Assembly: GCA_943787415.1 (NCBI GenBank)
Contig: CALSMI010000011.1
Location: 246,235 to 310,234, forward strand
DNA from: an uncultured Rhizobiaceae group bacterium
GTDB taxonomy: Bacteria; Pseudomonadota; Alphaproteobacteria; Rhizobiales; Rhizobiaceae
DNA length: 64,000 nt
Direction of reading: 5' to 3'
In this document: one piece after another, positions 30,991 through 39,878 of the stretch
Position numbering within the stretch: the stretch's first letter is position 1
Layout: each line of letters starts with the position of its first letter
Program-made: the position numbers and the translations under genes
The notes under the pieces: model-generated
Told to the model about the DNA's origin: nothing
What the model saw: only the letters and a program-made list of their open reading frames with translations
Databases searched by the model: none

Positions 30991-31913
30991 TCGTGGTTAC
31001 CGGCGGCGCCGGCTTTATTGGCAGCAACATCGTGCATGGTCTGAACCGAAGAGGTGAAGACAATATCGTCGTGGTTGATGACCTCACCGACGGTCACAAA
31101 CATCGCAACCTGCAGTTGGCAAATTTCACCGACTTTCTGGACAAGGACGATTTTCTTGAGGTCTTGGAACAGATTGAAAAGCCGACTGCGGTTTTTCATC
31201 AAGGGGCTTGCAGCGACACAACGGAGCACAACGGACGCCGAATGATGGCGGACAACTTCGATTATTCGAAGACCTTGCTGACCTACTGTGCCAAGCACGA
31301 CATTCCCTTCCTCTACGCGTCTTCGGCGGCGATTTACGGAACCGGAAAGCAGGGATTTTCCATAAGGTCGGAGTGCGAACGCCCACTAAACGTTTACGGC
31401 TTTTCAAAGATGGTGTTCGACAAGTATGTTCGGCATCATCTCGACAAGTTTTCGATGCCGGTCGTCGGACTTCGTTATTTCAATGTTTACGGACCAAGAG
31501 AGGGGCATAAGGGGAAAATGTCCTCTGTTGTTCTCAAGCTGTATGAGCAAAATCGCGACGGGTTGCCCATGACACTGTTTGACGGAAGCGATGAGTTCCG
31601 CAGAGACTTTGTTTACGTAGACGATGTTGTTGACGTAAATTTCTATCTCCTGGAGAACCGCAGTTCCGGTATCGTCAATGTCGGAACCGGGGAAGCGCGT
31701 TCGTTTATGGAAATGGGCGACCTTGTGTGCGCACAATTGCCTGGTGCGAAGCTCGAGACCATTCCCATGCCTGAATCGCTGGTCGATCAATACCAGGACT
31801 ACACTTGTGCCGACATTTCAGAACTGCGCGACCTTGGCTACACAAATTCCTTTTCCGATCTGGAAACCGGAGTCCGCAATTATTTCGACTGGCTCAAATC
31901 GGAGGATGCGTAA
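30987..31913 (+). CDS. hldD: ADP-L-glycero-D-manno-heptose 6-epimerase
   Basis: MIVVTGGAGFIGSNIV...VVDDLTDGHK..., SSAAIYG, YGFSK (YxxxK). The start overlaps the hldE stop (ATGA). Confidence 0.9.
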   Translation: MIVVTGGAGFIGSNIVHGLNRRGEDNIVVVDDLTDGHKHRNLQLANFTDFLDKDDFLEVLEQIEKPTAVFHQGACSDTTEHNGRRMMADNFDYSKTLLTYCAKHDIPFLYASSAAIYGTGKQGFSIRSECERPLNVYGFSKMVFDKYVRHHLDKFSMPVVGLRYFNVYGPREGHKGKMSSVVLKLYEQNRDGLPMTLFDGSDEFRRDFVYVDDVVDVNFYLLENRSSGIVNVGTGEARSFMEMGDLVCAQLPGAKLETIPMPESLVDQYQDYTCADISELRDLGYTNSFSDLETGVRNYFDWLKSEDA

Positions 31914-32492
31914 ATGAGCGAGCCCAAGTTTGGGCCGGTTGTCGACCAGGTCTTTCAGCGACACAACAATATGATGCAAGCGTGTGATGACGCGCTGTAT
32001 GAGGGCGTTGCAAGGGTTGGGGCTTTGGTCCGCGATACCTTGAAGGGTGGCAATTCCGTTTTCGCCTGCGGAAATGGTGGAAGCGCCGGAGATGCCCAGC
32101 ACCTCGTTTCTGAACTGGTCGGACGATTTGTTATTGAGCGGCGTGGCTACAGCGCAATTGCTCTGAATGAAAACGTCTCTGTGTTGACGGCTTTGTCCAA
32201 CGACTATGGTTACGAGAATGTCTTCGCCCGCCAGTTGGAGGCGCTTGCTAAGCCAGGGGATACATTTGTCTGGTTCTCGACCTCGGGCACCAGCCCGAAT
32301 GTTCTGGTTGCTGTAGAGAAAGCTCGTAAAATGGGCATGTCGGTTGTCGGTTTCACCGGAGAAAAGGGAAAAGACCTTTCCACGCGTTGCGATGCTGCGA
32401 TCGTTGCTCCTGCAACGGAGACAGCGCGGATCCAGGAGTTCCATCTCATTGCATTACATTGTGTGTGCGAAATCGTGGATTCAAGCTCATGA
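31914..32492 (+). CDS. gmhA: phosphoheptose isomerase (SIS domain)
   Basis: ACGNGGSAGDAQHLVSELVGRF..ER...AIALN...LTALSNDYGYENVFARQLEA...GD.F...STSG.S.N is the GmhA signature. The ATG directly follows the hldD TAA. Confidence 0.9.
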   Translation: MSEPKFGPVVDQVFQRHNNMMQACDDALYEGVARVGALVRDTLKGGNSVFACGNGGSAGDAQHLVSELVGRFVIERRGYSAIALNENVSVLTALSNDYGYENVFARQLEALAKPGDTFVWFSTSGTSPNVLVAVEKARKMGMSVVGFTGEKGKDLSTRCDAAIVAPATETARIQEFHLIALHCVCEIVDSSS

Positions 32493-32511
32493 ACAGCTAT
32501 TGGACGTGTGA

Positions 32512-34440
32512 ATGACTCAATCAACGCTTTCAGCTGCGCAGTCTAAAGCTGTCTCGAGAGTAAGGTCAGCTCTTGAAGCCGGCCGAGCAAATGAAGCCGA
32601 AAAAATCTGTCAGCAGTTGGAAGCCCAAAACACCAAAAACGCTGAATTTCAACGTTTGTGGGCCACGGCATGTCAACTGTTAGGCCAAGGCAAGCTGGCG
32701 TTGGCGAAAGTCGACAAAGCTATAAAGCTGTCGCCGAAGAATGCCGTTTTTCATGAGCTTAAAGCCCGCATTTCTTTGGCGAATGGTGACGCTGCCGGGG
32801 CCTTAGCCGCCTACGACTCTGCAATCAGTGTTCAGCCCAATTTTCTGACCGCTTTGATGGGAAAGGGCGATCTACTTTTGCAACTCGGGCGCATGGCCGA
32901 TGCGGTTCCGCTTTACGACCGGGCTCTGTTGCTTGATCCGAAGAATTCTGATGCCTTTCACAACCGTGGTTATGCCGTTGAAAGGCATGGAGATTTGAGG
33001 GCGGCGCTGGGCAACTATTCTCGTGCAATCCTGCTTCGTGACAACTATGCCCAAGCATACAACAACCGAGGCAATACACTTTTCACATTGAACAATCATC
33101 TGGCCGCAATAGAAGACTATGACGCTGCGATTGAGGCAGATCCCACCTATGCGCCGCCCTTTAACAACAAGGCCAATGCTCTTGTGGTGCTCAAGCGTTT
33201 CGACGAAGCGATGCCCTGTCTGGAGAAGGCGCTCGAAATCGAACCCGATTACAGCGCTGCTTACAATAATTTGGGCTTCGCATACCAGAAACAGGGTCGG
33301 CACCAGGAGGCTATTGAGGCCCTGGAACGTTCAATAGAGCTCGATCCCGATTACGCAGAGGCCCACAACAACCGAGGCCATTCCCTCCAAAAATTGTGCC
33401 GATTTGACGAAGCCTTAGAGAGTTTTGAGAAAGCGCTGACGTTGAAGCCCAATTATGCGGAAGCGGTCTGGAATCGTGGGCTCATTAACCTTTTGATCGG
33501 CAACCTTGAGCAGGGTTGGAATGACATGGAGTGGCGTTGGCGCCGCAATTCATATCAGGATGATCCGTCGCCCAGGGACCGCCCCCATTGGAACGGCGAG
33601 GACCTGAAGGGGCGCTCCATTACCGTTTACGTAGAACAGGGCTTCGGCGACATGTTTCAGTTTGGTCGGTACCTGTTGCCGATGCTCGAAGCTGGCGCGA
33701 AGGTGACATTCGCTGCGCCAAGAATAATACACCGTTTGATGTCCAGCATGTCTCCTGACATTCAGTTTCAACATACCTTTGAAAAAGAGGTTTCCAGCGA
33801 CTTTCATTGCATGCTGTTCAGTCTTCCAAGAGCGTTCAAAACAACACTCGAAAATGTTCCCGCTCCGGTTCCTTACCTGCATGCGGAGCCGGAACTGGTT
33901 GAGCACTGGAAGCAACAAATCGGTAAAGATGGCTTCAAGATTGCCATATCCTGGCAAGGAAACCCCTCGGGAGATGTTGATCTTGGTCGCTCAATACCTC
34001 TGGAAAAGTTGGAGTGTCTGTCCAAAATCACGGGTGTGCGCCTGATCAGTATTCAGTTTGAACATGGGCTCGAACAGCTCGAGACGATCTCACCCGATAC
34101 AAAGATCGAGATATTAGATGGTTTCAACGAGGGACCGGATGGATTTGTCGACACGGCCGCGGTAATGAATTGCGTCGATCTTGTCCTTACAACCGATAGC
34201 GCACCTGCGCATTTGGCCGGCGCCTTGGGAGTGCCGGTTTGGCTGATGCTGATGCAAGTTCCAGACTGGCGGTACCTTTTGGAACGCGAGGATTCGCCCT
34301 GGTACCCCACTATGAGGCTATTTCGTCAATCAAAAGCAGGTGATTGGGACCAGGTTGTCTCAGACGTAGAGCAAGCCCTTAAGGTTGAGATGGCTAACAA
34401 AGATGGCGCCCACTCTATGTCAGAAACGCAAAAAGATTGA
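32512..34440 (+). CDS. TPR-repeat protein fused to a GT9-like (heptosyltransferase-like) GT-B domain, paralogue 1
   Basis: The N-terminal approx 330 aa are 34-aa TPR repeats (..AYNNRGNTL.., AYNNLGFAYQKQGRHQEAIEALERSIELDPDYAEAHNNRG..). The C-terminal approx 300 aa carry GFGDMFQF and DLVLTTDSAPAHLAGALGVPVWLML...SPWYPTMRLFRQ. These resemble the sugar-nucleotide half of ADP-heptose-dependent GT9 enzymes (DSGxxHLAAAlG.P). Confidence 0.65.
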   Translation: MTQSTLSAAQSKAVSRVRSALEAGRANEAEKICQQLEAQNTKNAEFQRLWATACQLLGQGKLALAKVDKAIKLSPKNAVFHELKARISLANGDAAGALAAYDSAISVQPNFLTALMGKGDLLLQLGRMADAVPLYDRALLLDPKNSDAFHNRGYAVERHGDLRAALGNYSRAILLRDNYAQAYNNRGNTLFTLNNHLAAIEDYDAAIEADPTYAPPFNNKANALVVLKRFDEAMPCLEKALEIEPDYSAAYNNLGFAYQKQGRHQEAIEALERSIELDPDYAEAHNNRGHSLQKLCRFDEALESFEKALTLKPNYAEAVWNRGLINLLIGNLEQGWNDMEWRWRRNSYQDDPSPRDRPHWNGEDLKGRSITVYVEQGFGDMFQFGRYLLPMLEAGAKVTFAAPRIIHRLMSSMSPDIQFQHTFEKEVSSDFHCMLFSLPRAFKTTLENVPAPVPYLHAEPELVEHWKQQIGKDGFKIAISWQGNPSGDVDLGRSIPLEKLECLSKITGVRLISIQFEHGLEQLETISPDTKIEILDGFNEGPDGFVDTAAVMNCVDLVLTTDSAPAHLAGALGVPVWLMLMQVPDWRYLLEREDSPWYPTMRLFRQSKAGDWDQVVSDVEQALKVEMANKDGAHSMSETQKD

Positions 34441-34449
34441 TCCAACGAC

Positions 34450-36504
34450 GTGTCACAAGCAGATTCCAACAGTGCCAAAATAGTTGTCCAAGATATAGGA
34501 AACCTGCTTTCGCAGGGCAGGATTGATGCTGCAGTTGATCGTTTCTCGGAATGGCAAAAGAGGAAAAAAAGCAATGATCAAGAAAGCTTTTTTAAAGTAT
34601 TTTCACCTGCTGTTCTGCGGGCATTGAGCCAGTCTGTCGAAGGGTCCAGTCATGCATTGGGTAAGGCGACGCTGTATTTGGAAACCGGCTTCGCGCAAGA
34701 AGCAGAAAGGTGTCTGCGATCTTCAATTGAAAAGAGTCCGTCTCCTGCTGAATTGTTGGTTTACGCTGACGCACTGAACAGATTGGGACGCGTTCAACAA
34801 AGCCTCGCTATTTATGAACAGGCGGCAAGATCCCATCCCGACAATGCCGAAATCCACTTCGAGATGGGCAGATTAATGCAGGCTCTTGGAAAGTTGAGCG
34901 AAGCCCGCGTGGCCTTTGAGAAAGCCAGTGCGCTTGCTCCAGGCAATGCCCAATTCTGGCTGGAATTCGGCAACGTGCACAAGCAGCTGGGCAACCTGTC
35001 CGCCGCTGGCCAGGCTTACACTCGGGCGATCGAGTTCCAGAAGGGTTATGCCGAAGCGTATAACAATCGGGGCACGATACTGAAGCATCTGAAACGCATG
35101 AAAGAGGCCTACGCGGACTTCAGTCAAGCTATCAAGATCAACCCACGGCATCTCTATGCCTACCTCAATCGCGGAGCGCTGTTGGCTGATACTGAACAGT
35201 ATGAGGCCGCCCAACGAGATTTCGAGATGGCACTGGCAATCGCGCCGGATGACGAAAATGCCTATCACAGCCTCGGTGAAGTGCTGCATCGATTGGGCAA
35301 AAATCGGAAAGCAATCAGGCATTTTGATACTGCTATTTTGCTGTCGAAGCACATGAGCAGGGCTTATCTTTCGAAGGGCAATTGTCAATTGGCGCTGGAT
35401 GAGTTTGAAGGAGCAGTAGAATCCTTTAAGCAATCCACACAAGTCAATGATCAGTTCCTGGAAGGGTACATCAACTGGGGTGTGGCGCTTCAGGAGATGG
35501 GTCGGCATTCGGAAACAATAGAAGTGCTCGACAAGTCTTTGACTGTCCGGTCAGATTTCAATGAGGCGAAATGGAACAAGGCGAACTCCATGCTTTGCCT
35601 GGGCCTTTCCAAAGACGCCTGGCAGAACTATGAGAAGCGCCACCATTTGGAAACGGGAAAACAACTTCTCGACTATGGAAAACCCATTCTGGGCGATACG
35701 CCACCTGACGGACTCAAACTTCTGCTGCAGTGGGATCAAAGATTTGGAGACATCATCCAGGTAATGCGGTTTGTGAAACCCATTGAAAAGGCGGCAGCGG
35801 GATGCGTTTGGCAAATGGCGCCGGAGATGGAGCAGCTTGTAAAGGCCAGTTTTCCCGATATCGAAATCGTTAACCGCACATCCTGCCCAGACAACGTCGG
35901 ATTTAGATTGCCCATTACCAGCCTGCCACTCGCGTTGGGGGTATTTGATGATGCATCAGTCCCCAACGAAACGCCTTATTTGGTCCCATCACCCAAGGCG
36001 GTGGAGGCGTGGAGGGAACGGATTCCGAGCGAGGGGTTTAAGGTCGGATTGACCTGGCGTGGAAGACCAACACCTCCAGGTCGCAGCATTCCAATTGGGG
36101 AACTGGAGCCGATTTTGGCCACCACGGATGTAACTTTCGTTTCTTTGCAGATGGATACGAGCCCATCTGAAAAAAAGCTGCTCGAAAAGCACGGCGTCTT
36201 GCAACCGGGCGATGACATTGAAACCTTTGACGACACGGCCGCAATCCTGTCGATGCTGGATCTCACGGTAACCATCGATACTTCTGTGGCGCACCTTTCA
36301 GGAGCATTGGGACGTACCACCTGGGTGCTCCTGAAGTTTGGCGGAGACTGGCGCTGGCACCTGGAAGGTACGGAGAGCCTTTGGTACCCGACCGCAAAGA
36401 TTTACAGGCAGTCCGAAATCTCTGACTGGTCGGATGTCATTAAGCGGGCCGCAACCGATTTGGCAAAGCTGGCCCACCATCTGTTGAATGTCACTGAGAA
36501 CTGA
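34450..36504 (+). CDS. TPR-repeat protein fused to a GT9-like GT-B domain, paralogue 2
   Basis: Same architecture as paralogue 1: TPRs (..AYNNRGTILKHLKRMKEAYADFSQAIKINP..), then RFGDIIQVMRF and DLTVTIDTSVAHLSGALGRTTWVLL...SLWYPTAKIYRQ. GTG start 9 nt after paralogue 1. Confidence 0.65.
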   Translation: MSQADSNSAKIVVQDIGNLLSQGRIDAAVDRFSEWQKRKKSNDQESFFKVFSPAVLRALSQSVEGSSHALGKATLYLETGFAQEAERCLRSSIEKSPSPAELLVYADALNRLGRVQQSLAIYEQAARSHPDNAEIHFEMGRLMQALGKLSEARVAFEKASALAPGNAQFWLEFGNVHKQLGNLSAAGQAYTRAIEFQKGYAEAYNNRGTILKHLKRMKEAYADFSQAIKINPRHLYAYLNRGALLADTEQYEAAQRDFEMALAIAPDDENAYHSLGEVLHRLGKNRKAIRHFDTAILLSKHMSRAYLSKGNCQLALDEFEGAVESFKQSTQVNDQFLEGYINWGVALQEMGRHSETIEVLDKSLTVRSDFNEAKWNKANSMLCLGLSKDAWQNYEKRHHLETGKQLLDYGKPILGDTPPDGLKLLLQWDQRFGDIIQVMRFVKPIEKAAAGCVWQMAPEMEQLVKASFPDIEIVNRTSCPDNVGFRLPITSLPLALGVFDDASVPNETPYLVPSPKAVEAWRERIPSEGFKVGLTWRGRPTPPGRSIPIGELEPILATTDVTFVSLQMDTSPSEKKLLEKHGVLQPGDDIETFDDTAAILSMLDLTVTIDTSVAHLSGALGRTTWVLLKFGGDWRWHLEGTESLWYPTAKIYRQSEISDWSDVIKRAATDLAKLAHHLLNVTEN

Positions 36505-36545
36505 CCCGGTACCTCAAGACTAATGGCGTAGGTTCAACACCGTTA

Positions 36546-37019
36546 TTGGGATTTATCGGCGCTAGCATCGTCCGAAACGTCATCGATTGCGAAAACCATC
36601 GATTTGAATTTGCTTCAGATCATCAAGACCAGTTTCCGGCATTCGTATGTGAGGCCTTTGGTCCCGACGGCGAATGTGCAGTAGACATTGTTGCCTGGCC
36701 GCTGGAAAGACCCGGCCATGTGATGACGATGTTTGGCAGATGTGGATTGCTAGGGGCCTGGGAAGCCATAAACCCTGCTTCCTACTATCTGAACACGCCG
36801 CTTCTCATGCACCGAACACCGCTGGATTGGCTCAAAGCAGGATGCCGCGGAGCTGTAGTTGTTGTGCCTCATGTCGCAGCGCGCATGTTGCTTGACCTTC
36901 CCGGCAAAGTCGCCGCACAGGACGAAGTTCATGGTCAGGAACTGGAGCGGTTGCGTCGAAGCGTTCTACCAGTTGACCAAATTCTTGTCCCCACTATCAA
37001 GGAAGGATTGGCAGCATGA
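36546..37019 (+). CDS. hypothetical protein coupled to the RepA-like ATPase (possibly 5'-truncated)
   Basis: 157 aa with only a TTG start, 42 bp after the preceding operon. Its stop overlaps the ATG of the next gene (ATGA). No motif was recognised. Confidence 0.4.
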   Translation: MGFIGASIVRNVIDCENHRFEFASDHQDQFPAFVCEAFGPDGECAVDIVAWPLERPGHVMTMFGRCGLLGAWEAINPASYYLNTPLLMHRTPLDWLKAGCRGAVVVVPHVAARMLLDLPGKVAAQDEVHGQELERLRRSVLPVDQILVPTIKEGLAA

Positions 37020-38245
37020 ACTCGATCTCAACACTTCCCCAAGATTATGAACCACTGGGCGCTCCTGGTTCTCTCAAGCCCGCTGTAAAGCAATGTCCCA
37101 CGTTTGCGACCAAATCTACCAACGAAATTATGAACACCCTCTACGCGCCAGTTATGTGGGTAGTGGAAGGTTACCTGCCCGAAGGGTTTTCGGTGCTTGC
37201 GGGACGCCAGAAGCTCGGCAAGACATGGCTGGCTATAGACTGGGCGATTGCTGTGGCCACCAGTGGCTGCGCCATGGGTGAAATCACCTGCGAACGCGGC
37301 GACGTACTTTATATCGATATGGAAAACGGTGACAGGCGCATTCAACGGCGCGTTGAAACCATATTTCCAAATTCTGCAAACCGACCAGACTTATCCCGCC
37401 TGCAATGGGCTGGCGACGTTATTGCTCTGGGTAAGGGGTTTATAGGTGCCATCGAAAAATGGCGACTATCGGCTGCCAAACCACGGCTGATCGTCATCGA
37501 TGTGTTGCAACGTATCAAACCGGCTGGCTTAAAGGCCCGGAACGCTTATGAGAACGACTATGACGCGTTTGCTGGATTGCAATCCTGGGCGATGGAACAT
37601 GGTATCGCGGTGCTTGCCCTTCATCACACCCGCAAAGGGGGGGCTGACGACCCGCTGGAGGCCCTAACAGGTTCCAATGGCCTTTCCGCCTGTGCAGACA
37701 CAACCTTGGTTCTGGACCGCGATGCAAGTGGCATTACGCTTTATGTGCGGGGCCGTGATGTCGAGGAAAAGGAAACCGCCTTGATATTCGATGGAGGCAT
37801 CTGGTCAATGATTGGTGATGCCGGTGAAGTTCGTCGGTCAGATGAACGGTCACGTATTTTATCGGAACTTTTTACAGCAAATGCGCCAATTACGCCTGTG
37901 GAGCTGGTTGCGGCGACGGGCATGAAGCGCAACAACCTTGATCAATTGCTTTATCGTATGGCTAAAGCTGGAGAAATTCAGAAGTGTGGGCGTGGGAAAT
38001 ACGTCCATCTGGATCGTTCTGATCTTCTTACACAGGCGCCCCCCACTAAGAACGATAAGAAGATAAGAAAACCGCAATCACCAGACACTAACACCTTGGA
38101 AACATTTGATGAATCCATTGATGGCCAATCTAATCCACCAGGACCGCCGATAAGAAACGTAAGATCACCGATAAGAACGGAACCAGATGAAAGAGAAAGT
38201 GAACTACCTGAATTGCCCGAGTTTTTAAGAAGGACCCAGCAATGA
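37016..38245 (+). CDS. AAA_25/RepA-like RecA-fold ATPase of mobile elements
   Basis: Walker A-like AGRQKLGKTWLAIDWAIA, GDVLYIDMEN, Walker B LIVIDVLQRI, and HHTRKGG.DDPLEALTGS.GL.A.ADT..VL. This is the pattern of RepA/AAA_25 replicative ATPases. The C-terminal tail is low-complexity. Confidence 0.7.
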   Translation: MNSISTLPQDYEPLGAPGSLKPAVKQCPTFATKSTNEIMNTLYAPVMWVVEGYLPEGFSVLAGRQKLGKTWLAIDWAIAVATSGCAMGEITCERGDVLYIDMENGDRRIQRRVETIFPNSANRPDLSRLQWAGDVIALGKGFIGAIEKWRLSAAKPRLIVIDVLQRIKPAGLKARNAYENDYDAFAGLQSWAMEHGIAVLALHHTRKGGADDPLEALTGSNGLSACADTTLVLDRDASGITLYVRGRDVEEKETALIFDGGIWSMIGDAGEVRRSDERSRILSELFTANAPITPVELVAATGMKRNNLDQLLYRMAKAGEIQKCGRGKYVHLDRSDLLTQAPPTKNDKKIRKPQSPDTNTLETFDESIDGQSNPPGPPIRNVRSPIRTEPDERESELPELPEFLRRTQQ

Positions 38246-38774
38246 CAGGCTCGTTTCTTACTTTCTTATCAATCTTATTGGGGGTGCAGGTATGGGCGGT
38301 TTGAAGAGCATACGCCGGACAACCACAGCCATATTTAGCAAAGGTAACAAGATTGCAGGACGGCTCTAAAGACCATTCACAAAGTTAGGGTTCGAACGAG
38401 GCTAGAAACCTTCTTGCGATTTCTCCATAGCGGACCTTCGAATTGATACCTCGAAAATCGGGGCGAATGGCCGAGATGCGGACTTTTCTACCAAGTTTAC
38501 CAATCACCGATATTCACTCCGCGACAACACCGTCAACGACACTTTGTGCCAAGAACGGTCATCAGACCGGCCCCTATTGTCACGGCGAGACCCCGACGAT
38601 GGCCGATCACTGCCTTTATGCGTAGGTCTGGAACAATCGCGGCTTTGGAATTCCGCTGGACACCTGGCCAACCATTGCCCACATTTATGCGGATCTCGAC
38701 AAATTGCCCACCTTCAACAGGGCAGCCCCACCCAACCAACCGGACGTGGCCTGACGCCAAAGAGGAGTTTATCG

Positions 38775-39878
38775 ATGATGACCGAAGAGCGGAACCACGA
38801 AAACGTGACCCATGGCATGCAGCCTGAGGATACGCCGGAATTGCGCGCGCTTTACAAAGGGTTCGAGGAACACCACCTGCTCCCGCTCTGGACCCAAGTG
38901 GGCGACTTGATGCCGATGGTACCCAAACCCAAGGCCGTGCCGCATGTCTGGCGATGGGCGGATCTTCTGCCACTGGCCGAAAAGTCCGGTGATTTGGTCC
39001 CTGTGGGTAGGGGCGGCGAGCGTCGCGCGATCGGGCTTGCCAATCCGGGGCTTGGTGGCAACGCCTATGTCAGCCCCACGCTTTGGGCCGCCATCCAGTA
39101 TCTTTGCCCCGGCGAGAACGCGCCTGAACACAGGCATTCGCAAAATGCCTTTCGGTTTGTCGTCGAGGGCGAAGGCGTCTGGACCGTGGTAAATGGCGAT
39201 CCGGTGCGAATGTCACGCGGTGATCTGCTGTTGACACCGGGCTGGTGCTTCCATGGCCATCACAACATTGCCGACGAGCCGATGGCTTGGATCGACGGGC
39301 TCGACATCCCCTTCAGTCAGCAGATGGATGTCGGCTTTTTCGAGTTTGGATCCGACCGCGTGACCGATAATGCCACGCCGAATTTCTCCCGTGGCGAACG
39401 GCTTTGGTGCCATCCGGGCGTGCGTCCGCTCAGCCAGCTTCAGAACACTGTGTCCTCGCCGATCGGTGCCTATCGTTGGGAGTTCACCGACCGTTCGCTG
39501 ACCGAACAGCTATTGTTGGAAGACGAGGGGCAACCGGCAACAGTCGAGCAGGGGCATGCAGCCATCCGCTACGTCAACCCCACGACCGGCTGTGATGTGA
39601 TGCCAACGATCCGCTGCGAATTTCACCGGCTGCGCCCAGGCACACAGACGGCCGTGCGCAACGACGTCGGCTCGACGGTGTTTCAGGTCTTCGAGGGTCG
39701 GGGGTCGGTCGTGATGGCCGGTGTGACGCACAAGCTCGAAAAGGGCGACGTATTTGTTGTGCCAAGCTGGGTGCCATGGTCCCTGCAGGCCGAAACGGGG
39801 TTCGATCTGTTCCGATTCTCCGACGCGCCAATCATGGAGCGGCTTGGCTTCATGCGCGAGAAGGTCGAGGGTCGGTAG
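38775..39878 (+). CDS. gentisate 1,2-dioxygenase (bicupin)
   Basis: RBS aaagaggag lies 8 nt before ATG 38775. Signatures: LYKGFEEHHLLPLW, RRAIGLANPGLGG, LWAAIQYLCPGENAPEHRHSQNAFRFVVEGEG.WTVVNGD, GDLLLTPGWCFHGH, WIDGLDIPF. The ORF-track start at 38544 is a spurious extension. Confidence 0.85.
   Translation: MMTEERNHENVTHGMQPEDTPELRALYKGFEEHHLLPLWTQVGDLMPMVPKPKAVPHVWRWADLLPLAEKSGDLVPVGRGGERRAIGLANPGLGGNAYVSPTLWAAIQYLCPGENAPEHRHSQNAFRFVVEGEGVWTVVNGDPVRMSRGDLLLTPGWCFHGHHNIADEPMAWIDGLDIPFSQQMDVGFFEFGSDRVTDNATPNFSRGERLWCHPGVRPLSQLQNTVSSPIGAYRWEFTDRSLTEQLLLEDEGQPATVEQGHAAIRYVNPTTGCDVMPTIRCEFHRLRPGTQTAVRNDVGSTVFQVFEGRGSVVMAGVTHKLEKGDVFVVPSWVPWSLQAETGFDLFRFSDAPIMERLGFMREKVEGR

Noticed and set aside
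38388-38397. A GGTTCGAAC string resembling a tRNA T-loop downstream of the RepA-like gene, considered as a possible tRNA or att target.
   Set aside because: No flanking T-stem complementarity, acceptor stem or anticodon arm could be folded on either strand.
38544-38774. An N-terminal 77-aa extension of the gentisate dioxygenase ORF (ORF-track start 38544).
   Set aside because: The extension has no similarity to the family. A strong RBS (aaagaggag) precedes the ATG at 38775, where the conserved N-terminus begins.
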